Under the pieces are notes generated by a model that had not been told where the DNA came from, made no database searches, and saw only the letters and a program-made list of their open reading frames with translations. Of a stretch of DNA of 64,000 bases, positions 36,636 to 50,384 are shown in pieces. Source of the stretch: Carcharhinus longimanus (Eukaryota); NCBI GenBank assembly GCA_030264375.1, contig JASCQW010000043.1, positions 88,799,127 through 88,863,126 on the forward strand, read 5' to 3'. Made by a program: the position numbers and the translations under genes. Every line of letters begins with the position of its first letter. Position 1 is the first letter of the stretch.

Positions 36636-37850
36636 GGAACATAGGAATTAGGAGCAGAAGTAGACAAATCCAGCCTTTCAGCCTGCTCCTCTATTCAATG
36701 CACAGCACAGTGGTTAGCACTGCAGCCTCACAGCATCAGGGTCCCAGGTCCAATTCTGATCTCGGGTCACTGTGTGCAATTTGCACATTCTCCCCATGCA
36801 TCTGTGTGGGATTCCTCCAGGCAGTCCAATTTCCTCCCACACAGCCCAAAGATGTGCCGTTGATTGGCCATTCTAAATGGACCCTACCTAGTGTCAGAGG
36901 GATTAGCAGTATAAATGTGTGGGATTATAAAAATAGGGCCTTGGTGGGATTGAGGTCAGTACAGACTTGATGGGCTGAATGGCCTCCTTCTGTAGGGATG
37001 CTACAATTCAATTAAATCACGACAGATCTCAAATCCACCTTTGTACCTGTTCCCCATATCCCCATTTATCAAAAATATATCTATCTCCTTGAAGCCATCA
37101 ACAATTTAGAATGGCATGGTGGCATGGTGCCAGGCACCCAGGTTTAATTCAGCGTCAGGTCACTATGTGGAATTTGCTCTTTCTCCACATGTTTGTGTGT
37201 GTTTCCTCCAAGTCCTCTTGTTTCCTCCCACAATCCAAAGATCTGCACATTAGATTGATTGGCCATGCTAAAGTGACCCTAGGGAGATTAGCAGGGTAAA
37301 TGACGGTTGCAGGAATAGGGCCTGGTCGGTACAGACTCGATGCCCTCTTTCTGTACTGTCAGGATTCTATAATTCCGACTCCACCATTACGGGGCAATGA
37401 ATCCCACATATTTACCACCCTCTGTGAGAAGTAGTTCCTCCTCATCTCAGTTTCAAATCTACCCCCACTCAACCCATATTGGTGGCCTCTTGTTATGGAA
37501 GAGGTCTAAGTTTTGGTTTGTGTTTACTTTATCCCTTTTAAAATTTTATATACCTCAATCAAAACCCACTCCTTTAAAGATATTTATTAGTGTCACAAGT
37601 AGGTTTACATTAATGCTGCAATGAAGTTACTGTGAAAATCCCCTAATTTGAGGGAGAATTTAGCACGGCCAATGCACCTAACCCAGCAGGCTTTTTGGAG
37701 GAAACCCACGCAGACACGGGGAGAATGTGCAAACTCTGCATAGAAAGTGACCCAACCCAGCTTCCTGGCTCTATGAGGCAGTAGTGCTAACCACTGTGCC
37801 ACTTTTAAACTCCGGCGAGTATAAACTCAAACTGCCTCCTCATACCAGAA
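36636..37850 (-). mobile_element. CR1 3' fragment containing three nested SINEs (36700-37005 +, 37110-37372 +, 37575-37802 -)
   Basis: GAACATAGGAATTAGGAGCAG tail; the CR1 sequence resumes between the SINE copies. Confidence 0.7.
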
Positions 37851-37894
37851 ATTCATATTAGACTGCAACGGTCACATTTATCAGAAGAGAATAC

Positions 37895-38280
37895 AGAATT
37901 GGCATTGTAGGTCTACGAGTTTAGATGATTCAGGGGTGATCTGATCAAAGTTTACAAAAGAAATAGATGAGGGAGATTAGGTTTCTGGTGTTTGGAAAGT
38001 CCCAGGCTAGGAAGCAAAGTAAAAAAATAGACCTTTGAAGCGAGAAATTAGGAAGCAATTTCTTCAAGCAAAGGATAACAATTTGGAACTCTGATGCATA
38101 AAGGATGCTCGACCAACAGTTAATTTTAAAAATGAGTTTGATAGGTTTTTGTCAGCTGAAGTTATCAAAGGGATATAGGACAAAGGCCAGCATGTGGACC
38201 GAAGTTGCCCAGGAACCATGATCAGTGAATGGCCGAACAGGCTGGAGGAGCTAAATGGCCTATCTCTGTGTTAATGTCCC
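37895..38280 (+). mobile_element. Degenerate CR1 3' end
   Basis: Contains RGDLIKVYK-like remnant and a CR1 3' UTR. Confidence 0.6.
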
Positions 38281-40024
38281 TACTACCATGTAAATGTGCG
38301 TTTGAGATGGAACAGATGGAGAGCCAGGAATATTATCATGAAAACGCCTTTAACAGCCCATGCTTTATTGAAACACTGTGCAAACACTCAGGAAGGGGGA
38401 AGAGACGGAGCAAGCTTTACAGATATCAAAATAACATTTTGAAATTGCGACTAACCACAATGTTGTGTGTGCAGTTACAGCTGGAAGCTGCTTCAAACTG
38501 ATAGTCCGACCGGCGGACTGACACACCCTTTCGATATTCGCCATCGTTTTTTTTTATTTATATTAAAATTGTCAGTAAGTGTTTGTTTGAAACAAACATA
38601 TACATGCACTGTCGCATCGCTCTGTTGGTAATCATGACTAAATCCCGGACCCGCCCAGCAGGTGATTGTTGACGGGGTTCTCAAGATCAGGAGTTGCAAT
38701 TTCTTTAAGCTTGCACTCACATTCTCAGAAGATATTCGGTCAGGATTTCAGAGGTGCAACGAAATATACGCGGGATTTAAGCCTTCCATCTTGTTGAGCT
38801 TGAGGGAGTCATTTTGAAGAGGAAGTATCGGGTCAAAAGGAATGTCCGGCTAAGTTCAATCTTCCAGCATTTTTTTTCCAATATGATTTCACGGGATCAT
38901 TAAAAAGAAATATAGAATGCGTGGGAACCCGGTGGCTAAGTGCGTGTACTCTTGAACTGATTCCTGATGGATCGCCTCCTACCATTAAACCTACAAAAAA
39001 ACGTTTCGTTTTTAAACTGTATTAATTTTTAAAATCTTAAACTGTACGGGAGCAGTCAAAGCACAATAAAATCAGCCGGTAAAATGTGGCTGATCACCCC
39101 CGGACTTTCTCACGCTCTATTTTAAAATAGTTAAATCGCTGCGTTTTTGTTTTACTAATAGGAAGAGAAATTACGGTAGATTATTATTAAGAACAGAAAA
39201 ATAGCCTCTGCATAAAATGTCCTTCTATTTTGTATCTTTGAATAAAATTATCAGAATGCAAGCGTTGCAGTGACAGTGGGTAGAGGTGAAGGAGAGTACT
39301 GCTTGGAGTCCCTTTGCCTATTGGCTGACTCTGGGTCCATTTCCTGCTGTGTGAGTTGACACAGTAAGAAACCGTCACTGCCTCAGCCTGAGATATAAAT
39401 GTTACTGTATTCAGGCGGGCAGAATGTGTTGTTCTTTTAAAAAAAAATTGTCGATTTTCTATCCAAAATGCCCAATTCAGTCATTTTTTTTAAATTAAAA
39501 GTGGGTTTCGGAATTGAAATAGACCAGGATCTGTGAAAGTGTTATACCAACCTACCCTTTGGTTACAACTTTAATGCTAAACGGGTGGAAAATAAATGAC
39601 TGTTAGCCGCGTTTGATTGGAGCAATCAGGTGGAGCTGACCAGAAAGTTACCCCTTTTACTAGGGTTGGGGAATAGGTTGGGTGCTTTAATGTGCAGCCA
39701 GAAATTTGGGAACAAATCAGGAACGACCCCCAAACTCAGGGTGTAAAATAAATCGTCTTTTCTCAAGAAACATCTCCGATGTAATATTAGCAACGCTTAA
39801 TTTCGGTTCGTCCTATGTTAATTTGTAAAACACGAGTAATGGTAATCAAAGGAGAATATTATTTCTTTTTGAAATCGCTGTTAAGGCAACCACAAAAAAA
39901 GTCATTCTTTTCCAGATTTCTTCTAAATAAACTTCCGAATTTGAATTCGATAACAAGTTATGACAGCTGCGGGGACTTTCGAAATGAAAGTCTCGCTGCT
40001 CATGGAGACCAGGCTTACTTTTCA

Positions 40025-40305
40025 TAAAATCCCCTCAGTACAGAACGAGGCCACTGGCCCATCGAGTCTGTACCGACCACAATCGCAACCAGGCCCTATT
40101 CCCGTAATCCCACACATTTACCCTGCTAATCCCCCTGACATCAGGGTCAATTTAACATGGCCAATTAACCTAACCCGCACATCTTTGGACTGTGGAAGGA
40201 AACCCACACAGACGCGGGGAGAATGTGCAAACTCCACACAGACAGGGACCCAAGGCCAGAAATGAACCTGGGACCCCGACGCTGTGAGGCAGCAGTGCTA
40301 ACCCT
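40025..40305 (-). mobile_element. HE1 SINE (CpG-retaining)
   Basis: Reverse-complement consensus. Confidence 0.85.
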
Positions 40306-40529
40306 GCTGGATTGGGTGTGAGAGAAGGGTGTGTGTCCACGGACATCAGTAAAGTCAATGTTTGGTGCTGTTTCCAAAGCCTGAATTTGATCTAAAAGAG
40401 GCCAAAGCCTGAATTGGGGAACTTTCCAAATTTAATACATGTCAGCACAGCAGAAAATCAGGAGCAGAAATGAAAGTGGAGCCTAATGAAGCAGGATAAA
40501 TTTGGAGTGTATCAGTCAGTAATATTAAT

Positions 40530-40930
40530 TGGAATATCAAGAAAGCTCAAAAGACTGTGGAGGGAAACAGAGTTAATGTCACCAGTCCATGACCTTTCAT
40601 CAGAATCTGCCATGACTTGCTTGAGTGTTTCCAGCACTTTGTTATTTTTTATTTCAGGTTTCCAGTATTCTGCTTTCGAAATCAGTTGGAGCTAAAGTAC
40701 GACTCACACTTAATTGGACTTGGAAAGAGAGAAAAAAAATCCAGCGACGGAGGTTGGATGAGAAAACGACTGGATGGAAAAAAAACTCAGTAGGTCTGGC
40801 ATTAGTGAGGGGAAAGAACTGAAGTTCTGATGAAAGGTCACTGATCCGTTTCTCTCGCCACAGATACTGGCGGACCTGCCGAGTATTTCCAGCATTTTCT
40901 GATTCATTCAGATTTCAGTATTTTGCTTTT
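40530..40930. mobile_element. Two degenerate family B Penelope-derived elements
   Basis: GACCTTTCATCAGAA (minus-strand CTGATGA) at ~40591-40605 and GTTCTGATGAAAGGTCA at ~40824; TTTCCAGCATTTTCT arms. Confidence 0.6.
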
Positions 40931-42424
40931 GAAGTATTCCGAGGTGAGCTTTTTCACCCTAAAATTAACTGGCCTCAAGTCAGGCTGAATTACACATTTG
41001 CACACCAGAAACATTCAGTCAGAATTCACCTAATTATTTCTTTCAGTCAAGAACCTTCTGATAAAGATTATTTTATTTTAGTCGTAGATTTTGTTTTGTT
41101 TTTGTAAAGAGATAACGCCCGTTAAATGCCGAACACCCAGACATTCCAGTCCATTCTGAGCTCGGAATGTGAATTAGCCAGTTGAGGGTGTATATATCAT
41201 CCTGGTTATTTACTCAGTAAATTAAAAGTCTCTGTGCATTGTGCAATGCACTCACATGCTCCATGTACCTGTAACTTTTGGCAATAATACAAATCGTGAT
41301 AGTCGCTGCGTCCCTTGGTGCTTCACGAGCACGGTGATCTTTGTCAAATAAAAGCTTACTTTCAGCAGCACACCCCCCTTCAACTTACATAACGATAACT
41401 ACAACTCAGAAATCCAAGTCCATTTGAATAGCATTGTTTAACATATATTCCTTGGGCTGCCCGCGCTGGGAGCTAGTGAGATATTCACTTGAGGGCACAT
41501 GGTAGCATGTTCAGCCTTATACATGTATGTCAAGTCCCATGAAGACCAAGGATATTTCAGCATTTTTTAAATCAGAAACTATCCGAATAAAATCAATTTA
41601 AAATTATATATTTTAATTATTTAATTTCTTAAATTATTTAATCCACGTTTTTCTAAATATGTTGCAGGATACAATTGCAATCAAAATAATTCCGCGTATT
41701 TTATAGCAGCGAATCTATCAATTTATGTAAAAGTCTAACGTGCATCTGTCAGAAAACTGAACGGAGTGAGACTTTTTCCCATGTATTAATAAATGCATTA
41801 ATAAAATTTGCCAGTGTTAGGANNNNNNNNNNNNNNNNNNNNNNNNNNNNNNNNNNNNNNNNNNNNNNNNNNNNNNNNNNNNNNNNNNNNNNNNNNNNNN
41901 NNNNNNNNNNNNNNNNNNNNNNGTTAGGAATTTATCAAAGACAAGAGGTATAAATGCTGTCTTTCACCAAAGGAGAGAATGTTATGGCAATAAAGAGACA
42001 CACATAAACAATGGAGGAAGTGATCTAAACTAAATAGATTTATACCTGGTAGCACATTAACAAGACATTTCCAAAACAAACGTTTGCATACGCCTGTAAA
42101 CTGCTCAGAATAGGTAATCCCTCTGATATAAATGACCTTTATCAGATACTGCTGATACCAACTAAGCTCGTTACTCGATGCAGTAGCAGTCCTATGACAT
42201 TTAAGATACTCTCTTTCAGAAAAACATTAATGAGGAAATGAGTCAAACATCATAATAGCGCCAAAAGTATTATGTGAATCGGGGGGAGAGAGAGAGGAGT
42301 GCAACACAATCAGAAACAAAGGCACAGAAAACATTTAAGAAGCCTTGAGCATAGAAAAGGTTACAGGAAGGAAGGGCCAACAAAAATACACCACAAAATA
42401 TCAACCTATGATTTGACAAAATAA

Positions 42425-42558
42425 TACAAGCAAAATGCTACCGGTGCTGGATATTTGCAATAAAACAGAAAATGCTGGATAAACTCAACAGGTCTGGCAG
42501 CATCCGTGAAGAGAAATTGAGTTAACGTTTATAGTCCATGTAGCCCTTTCACGGGACT
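42425..42558. mobile_element. Family B Penelope-derived fragment
   Basis: AAAACAGAAAATGCTGGATAAACTCAACAGGTCTGGCAGCATC..GAGTTAACGTTT. Confidence 0.6.
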
Positions 42559-42654
42559 ATATAATGACATGTTTGTCATTTGGCACAACTCACACAAATA
42601 GTTCATGTAAAATCTTGTGTGGTGCTGTAGAGGGGGAAATCAAAATCAGTGTCG

Positions 42655-42985
42655 GCAGGTAATCCGGGGTTAGGCAGGGGAATGGAGGCAGGAGAAGGGG
42701 ACAGTGGAAGAGCATTGGAGAAAGTAAAGGAAGGGAGATGGGAGGAGAGCGATAGAGAGAGGAATATGATGTGAAGGAAATGAGAGGGGAGAGAATCTGG
42801 GTGAGGTCGTGAGCTAGGATTGCTACAGACCGAGGAAACATATTTCAGAAGCGGGAGGGGGTGTGTGTATGTTTGGGGAAGGAGGGGGGTGGCGAGCTAA
42901 TGTGGCAACAGAACGGGGAATTTGGTAAAATGCAGAGGGAATAGTGAGAGTGACGGACGGAGATAGAGCTTTGTATTTAACGGAG
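42655..42985. repeat. Purine/G-rich low-complexity tract
   Basis: About 330 bp strongly enriched in G and A on the + strand. Confidence 0.7.
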
Positions 42986-43514
42986 AGAATCCTCCAGTGC
43001 GAGAAGGTGACCTCAGTGGGAAAAGGACATTGGCAATATGATACATTTGACATTAAGGACCCTTTTTATTCTGAGATTGAAGAAGTTATTGTACTTTTAA
43101 AGTTGTTTGAGTTTTTTTTTAATTTTTCAAAACAATTTTTCAAACAGCGAAGTAATTCCGAAATTTCAAATTTGAAAAAAAAACATTTTTTAAAATTTCC
43201 TACTTGGGAGCAGCAACTCTCCAAATGGGGCCTGGAGATAAAATATTCTGGTATTGCTGATCTGGATATTTAAGGGTAATTACAGGTTAATCTGGACATA
43301 TTTCCCCATTGGACCAAGGTGGTTCGGGAAACTTCCATGCACATTCAAAATGCTGTATGTTTTTGTAACAAATAGAACAAAAGTTTAATATAGGGAAGGC
43401 ACAAACAGGCTTGTTTTCTCTCTCCTGGAAGTTTGAAAAAGTCAAACTGCGCACTGATAGTTGCAAACTTCCCCTCAGGAAAATGATTGCAATGCTCCAC
43501 TCACAATGAGTAGC

Positions 43515-43840
43515 TCTGTGGTACAGTGGTTGTTAGCACTGCTACCTCAAAGCACCAGGGACCTGGGTTCAATTCCAGCCTCAGGTCACTGTCTGTGTGG
43601 AGTTTGCATATTCTCCCTGTGTCTGCATGGGTTTCCTCTGGGTGTTCTAGTTTCCTCCCACAGTCCAAAGATGTGTAGGTTAGGTTGATTGGCATGTTAA
43701 ATTGATCCTAGTATCAGGGGATTGGCAGGGCAAGTATGTGGGGTTACGAGAATAGGGCATGGGTGGGATTGTGGTCAGTGCAGATTTGATGGGCTGAATG
43801 GCCTCCTTCTGCACTGTAGGGATTCTATGATTCTGTGATT
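43515..43840 (+). mobile_element. HE1 SINE
   Basis: Full consensus with GATTCTATGATTCT tail. Confidence 0.85.
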
Positions 43841-43949
43841 CCAGCTGGTAAGACCTGAGAATGAAAATAAAGATACATAACTTTTCATATGTCACACAAA
43901 ATAATACAGGTTCAAATATATGTACCAGCATACATTAACAAAAATCCAA

Positions 43950-44345
43950 AATGGACATATGGCAGTCTAATTTCAACACAGTTAAGTATGAGGTTTTACA
44001 TTTTGGAAAGCAGATGAACTCAATCATGCCTTACTTGGAAAATAAGAACTTGGGAAGGGGCCATCAATACAAGCTGGCCATTAAGAAATCAAATAGAGAA
44101 TTCAGTAGAAATGTCTCTGCCTAGAGACTCTTGAGAATGTTGAACTTGCTACCACAGGGAAAGACTGAATTGAAAAGTATAGATGTAAGGGGAAACTAGA
44201 TAAATAGTTGAAAGAGAAGGGAAAAGAGGATTATGCTGTTGGAATTAGATGAGGAAAAGTCAGAGGGTGTTCAATTGGAGCATAAGTGCTGGCTTGGGTC
44301 AGTTGGGCCTCAAGGCCTGTTTCTGTGCTGTATTTTTATATAATT
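43950..44345 (+). mobile_element. Degenerate CR1 fragments
   Basis: KWTYGSLISTQ/WQM-FN-like remnant and a GGCCTGTTTCTGTGCTGTA tail. Confidence 0.55.
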
Positions 44346-45283
44346 CTGTTTCAGGGATTTAACATATCTCAAGGCTCAAATAATCTTAGAATTTTTGGAA
44401 CTATTTGAACTGCCCATGTGTTATTTCTTGACAATGCACTCTAGTATGTGTCATATCCTTCCTGTAACACATCTCAACTTCAGTGTTAAATCCCACAATT
44501 AATGTGCATCTCTCCTCAAGATTATATTTTTGCTCCCCAGCTTCATGTGATCTATTCTGTTATATCTAAACAAATTTTCTCGGGTCATCTTGGCTCAGTT
44601 GGTCACACTTCCACTCTGGAATCAGAGGATATGTCCCAAATTCCTTCCCAAGCATTTTCTCTTACGTGTCAATGCTATGCCTCTTGACAATCTTTTGCAT
44701 CATATGAAATAAGGTAATAGCTTTTCATTCCAATTCACCAATTTGAAAATGTTACCCTCCTCTACAAGCCCCTTCATAGGAATGCAGTTCCTCATCTGTG
44801 AAGTCTCCTACAGCTGTAGATGTGCTTATCCTCTTCATCTCCCACTTCAGGCCCATTCTTGATGGCAGATGTGTGCACCACTTTTGCTCTCTTGCTTTTT
44901 CCCATTTCCCAAAGTTTTGGCAACATGCTCCAGAGAAGCATATGCTTATGCTGAAGAGGATGCGATGAGCTCTCAATTCTGCAGCTACAATGGGGCTATT
45001 AAAGAGCCTCCTAGTTATACAGGGGGGCACAGAATCACAGCCAAAATCTTCCTGCCCAACACCATTGGCTGAGTCCACAAAGATGACACGGGGTATTTTT
45101 CAACATGAAATTTCACTTGTGAAAATTTCACATTGTGTTGGTTTTACTTTATTCATGCATGCCTCACCATTATTTGTTGAGACTAGCTCAGTCAGAGCGA
45201 AAGGTACAGGCATGCCTCATAATTAGCACACATTGTGAGTTACACAGGAATTAGGGAAATTTTCTTTATTGCAGAAGAATCAT

Positions 45284-45960
45284 TGGGGGAAATTTTCAGC
45301 CTGCATTTGTCATTAGAGAGAACGGTGATGCAGGCCGGAGAAATCCGGAGAGAATCAAAAAATGTGACTCTCTTTGGAGAGATCACGTTTACAATTTCCC
45401 CATTCCTTGCCAGTGACATCATGAGGGTCACACCCATAAAGGACGAGAACCTCATTTAAATGTATTTTAATAAATTTTAACATCATTAAACACCCTCCCC
45501 ACCATATATTGTCCCCTAACCGTATTTTCAAACCTTGCTAATGCAATGTCACCCAGATGCAAAACTGTCATGGGGGAGGGTGTAAAGATGAGTGTATCCC
45601 CTGAGCGAGAGGGACATGTCTGGGCACTGACCCCAACATAGAATGGACTGCTAGGTTGATGTGTGTAGTTGGGAGGAGAGAGGGAAATGCCAGCGATGAT
45701 GGTTGGTGAAGGGAGGGGGAGGGAGAGAGAGGATAAGATTCCAGTGATGACTGTTTGATTGTTGATTGATTAGTGGGGAGGGGTGGGGGAGGGGGGAATG
45801 CCTCCGTTGATCATTGGAGGAAGCCCCTGAGACATGTGTGGTGGGGTGGTGGAAGGTAATCACAGTGCCCGTTCCTAACTCAGTAGAGCCAGGTTTGCTG
45901 CCATGTTTAGGCCCCACCCTCAAAATTATGGTGTGAAACCCAGCCTTCTTTTTTTTTGAC
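45284..45960. mobile_element. Probable Harbinger-derived non-autonomous element
   Basis: GGGGGAAATTTTC start, GAACCTCATTTAAAT motif and G-rich interior, as in related repeats in this window. Confidence 0.35.
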
Positions 45961-46070
45961 GAAGTGTAATAAGATCTGGAAAGCAAATCTGCCTGTGAAA
46001 CACAGCAGTTTTCTGTCAGATCCTGACACATTGTCATTTTTTGATAAGTTTCCACTCAATGGGCAAGATT

Positions 46071-46185
46071 TTACAACCTCACTTGGTCAAGATTGGAAAT
46101 TCCCACCCGAGATCAATGGAGATTTCCATTGGCGGACCCTCGCCTGCTGTGATTCCGTGGCAGGTGAGGTGGTAGAGTTCCGGCC
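46071..46185. mobile_element. Short Harbinger-type MITE
   Basis: Imperfect TIRs GGGCAAGATTTTAC / GTAGAGTTCCGGCC; AAT flanks on both sides. Confidence 0.5.
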
Positions 46186-47074
46186 AATGTGTTTCTTTGT
46201 TCACTCCATGTAGAATGTTCACCTGAGCGTCAATGTTGTACTTGCCACTCTGTGGATGAATTTCCATGTATAGAAATCTCCCTCCTTCATATTATAAAGG
46301 ACATTTTCACACTCAGTGGGAATAATTGAAAAGTTGTTGGTGAACTCAATGCCCCTGCAAGGACTCTGCCAGCCAACATGCTGAGATAGACAATCACATG
46401 GACAGTATTGACATTGTCTTTTACGCCCCTTATTTTCTTATCTTAACTGACTGTTCCCACTACGTGTCCCATCACACCCAGGATGCCAGGCTGTTCCCAT
46501 ACCATTGCTACGTACCCCTAATGACACCCCCTGACGTCCCTTAAATCTCTCTTCCCTCCCTAAGCACTGACTCACCTTTGGCAGTCTTGAGCAAGCTAGC
46601 ATCCTTCTGCCCCCTTTCCTTGTGTCATAGAGTTAAACAAGAAAAATCACTAACTTAACACACAACTGCACAAAGCCAACTGGTGCACGCCATCTTTAAA
46701 CAAATGTGGATTTGTGCCATGATGTTCCCATGCACCTTTGAATTTAGCCTGATGGTAAGACCTAATGTTAAAGAGTTTTATGCCAGTGAGTATTTGGAAT
46801 ACAAATATATTACAAATATGAAGCAGCCACAAACTGGTGTGAGATTCAACACATGCCACTGACTTTATCTCTGCATCTCCACCCACCATTAGGAATTTGA
46901 GATTTTGCACCCCTCCTAATTAAGTCATCCTACACAGCACATTTGCCATTCTTGCAGATTTCATTAAATTCCATTCTTTGTCTTCATTCTGTTTTAGTTC
47001 AACTCAGAAATTCCAAAGCATGCTATGGAGCGGGCCTGGAACATATGTTTTGCATCTTGAATTTGGCTAGGATA

Positions 47075-47570
47075 AGAACAAAATGTTTCACCAGGTATGA
47101 TTCAAGTGACCCACTAGGGAAATTTTATCAAACAAAGTTTATTTAAAAATATAGTTAACATGTATAGTAAGATTATTAGCAAGAACTTACATTAATTACA
47201 AACAAGAAACAAACAATCAAGATAATATAAAACCCTTAATAAAGATATCCACAATGTTGCAATCAAAACAATCCCACAGACAGAAGATCCTTTTTACAGG
47301 TTTAACAGAGCACAGACTAATGCTCACATGATACTGGAAATTCAGCCCTTTGGTTGAAGTGTGCAGTTCTCTGAATTCACTCTGAACAGGTTGAAGACAA
47401 GACAACTTCCCAAAACACCAGAGAGACTTTGGTCCAGCCCCTAATAACAGCAGATTTTCACCCTTCAGGAAAACAAGATCTTTTTTCAGCTGATCAATAG
47501 AATTTTCAAAACAACAGGGAGAGAGGGAAAACACTTCCTTTTAGCTTGCTGACCAGCAGTGGATGGTCAA
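47075..47570 (-). mobile_element. Probable solo LTR fragment
   Basis: Reverse-strand AATAAA (AAAGTTTATTT) and LTR-like composition. Confidence 0.3.
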
Positions 47571-48299
47571 TGCGAACAATGAGTTACAAAATCCTTCATT
47601 TGTTCTGATATGGGAACAAGTAGAAACAATTCAGCTCCTCAGCAGAGTGGAAACCATCCTTTTCACTGTGTCTCCTTGCACTGTCTTCTGCAAACACATT
47701 ACAAACAGATTGGTTTGAAAAGCAGAGGGTTGGGAGTGTGGAGAGCAAATTCCAAATGGCAGGACGCTCAAAATAAAAAATGCTTCACTCAAACACAATT
47801 GAGACTGATAAACTATTTGTCGTTAGCAATTTCAAACTAAATTTCCCAGAAAAGCATTACTGCACCCTCTGTACCCATATAAAAATTTACTTTTTAATTG
47901 CTACTGTTCTTTAGTCTCTGCTATCTCAATTGTTTCCCCAACACATGTGACATCTTCATTCCCTTAAGTAGTCCAGAGGCCCAGACCAATGGTCAGAGGA
48001 CACAGGTTCAAATACCACCATAGAAACTAGTTTAATTTAAATTTAATTAATTACATCTGGAATTGATAGCTCATCTCAGTAATGGTGATTATGAAACTGT
48101 CATTGATTGTTTTAAAACCTATCTGGTTCATTCATGTCCTGTAGGGAAGGAAATCTGCCATCCTTACCTGACCTAGCCAACATGTGATTCCAAATCCACA
48201 GCAATGTTGTTGACATTTAGCTGCCCGTTGAAGTGGCCAATTAAGTCACTCAGTTCAAGGGCAATTAAGAACGGTCAACACATTGCCTGATATGTCCAG

Positions 48300-49660
48300 A
48301 TTCCCCCACCTCATTTGTTGCACAGCCAGTTTAGCTATCTATCACCAGAGCTGGCTCCAACAAATCAGGGACTGTTAGGTCTCACTCTGCTCTTGAATAA
48401 TCACTCTCTACTGCAACTATTGCCTTAAAAGCCTTCCCTCTGTCCCTCCACCCTCACTTCTAACAAATGCAAGAAGTTCATTGTCATCTTTGTCATCAAG
48501 GTGAAACCTTATCTTTTGTTGTGTTCAGCTGCCTCTGCTGCTTCCTATTGACCACTAGGCTAATCCTCATCCCCAAAGTCCCTTTACCTTGCTCTGAATC
48601 CAATCTACTCATTTTTTTTCTTTCATCTCCCTTATGTCATCGCTGTACTCAACTTAAAAGACCCATCTTCTACCACATTGACCCCATAAGCTAATACTGC
48701 TAATCATCTAATTTCCCCTTCTTCACCCAAAGCGAGCTGATATTTGAAATGTCTCTCTCTCAAACACTGCTCTCTCCCTTTCAAAACCACCATTATCAAG
48801 CATCTCAAATAAAACCTTTGGTCTCTCTGCCTTTGGAAGTTCCAGCCCTTTCTCAAATCCACCCTTCCTCTACAAAGTTTTTGAATTTGTTATGACATTC
48901 CAAATTCCTTTCTGACTTTCCTGCAACTTACTTTGTGAATCTTCCCAATTATGTGTCTACCCTGATACTGCAGTGAAACAGCCCAAACCTAAAATATTTT
49001 TAAAACATCCTCCATAGCTGTGAATATGATGTGTTAACCCCAGTCATCCTCCTTGATCTCTGCATTGTTGACAAATTATCTTCGTCCCAGTGACTCATCT
49101 CCATTATCCAACTCAGCAGGACTACAGTCTCTTTATTCAACCAGGACCCATCCAATCATAGCAGGATCCACAAGAGTAATTTCCTTTCAGACTACTGCCC
49201 GGTTACCTCCAGAGAATCCCCCATAGACTGTCTCTTGTTTTCTTTCATTTTGTCATTTACAGGCTGGTCACTTGCAACTTTGCCTGCAGTTAAGGGACCA
49301 ACATCCATTTGCATGCTGCTGAAACCCAATTCTACCTCACCACTGCCTATTTTGGTCTTCCATTTCCTATATGTTTTTTAGATTGTTGATCCAACACCCT
49401 GACTTAATTCTCTAGCTTGATACTGGTAAGACTGAAGTCACCGCCTGTGACTGTACCACAAACTCCATAGCCTTGGCATTGATTCCATCACCCTCTGCAG
49501 CCATTGTCACAGACTGGACTCTTCAACCAAGCCTCTGGTCTCTCCTCCGACTATCTCCTACTTTCCCTCGGCATCCATTTTTTTCCTTGTGCCTCTGTGA
49601 AGCATCTTTGGGTGTTGTATTTTGCAATGTTAAAGGTGATTTATCAATGTAAATTGCTGT
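48300..49660 (+). mobile_element. Old L2-clade LINE
   Basis: Pyrimidine-rich degenerate ORF2 (..ILLDL.., HLHAAETQFYL) and a GTGAAGCATCTTTGGG..TAAAGGTG tail. Confidence 0.55.
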
Positions 49661-50384
49661 TGTATGCTAGAAGGGATATTTATGTATTATGGTTCTTTGC
49701 AATTTTTGTGTGATCATGTGCTAATGAAGAAAAAGGATACAGTAACCCAGCACTATACTAGTACATACTCCACATGCAGGTATGTTGAAAATAGATACAG
49801 TTGAATGCATTTCATTCCAAAACAGAGTTTTGCTTAAAAAATTGAAAGTTAACTTATGAGCATGCTTTCACTTTTGACTTGTACAGTGAAAGCAAGATAT
49901 GGTAAACAGTCTATATTTCAAAGGTAGCCTGTGAGGTATGGATTACAACAATAGTTCACAGGATCTACAGTATGTGGATCTCTAATGTAGCTAACCTGGA
50001 CATTAATCCCATTTTACTTAATGAGTATTGATGGTAAGGTATCACAACTTGCTGTTAATGATACTTATTTGGTGCCAAAAATGACTATAAGTAAACCAAT
50101 AGTTTACTGGCACAAATGAACAATACATAGGAAACTATTTCTTCCATCCTTCATCATATGGTGGCTGATTTGACTCTTGAATTGACTGATTTATTTAGTT
50201 CATTTCTCAGAACTGACACCCTGATATGCTGTGCAACATTTTCCTGCTTCAGATTAAGTTTGGTTAGCATACTGCTCTTCCTCATAGTCTTATACACAGG
50301 CTTCCTAGCACAGTGCTCAAAGTGAACAAGATAATAAAATATGCTTAAGTCTCTATGTTTAATTAGAAATGACTTGCATGAATG

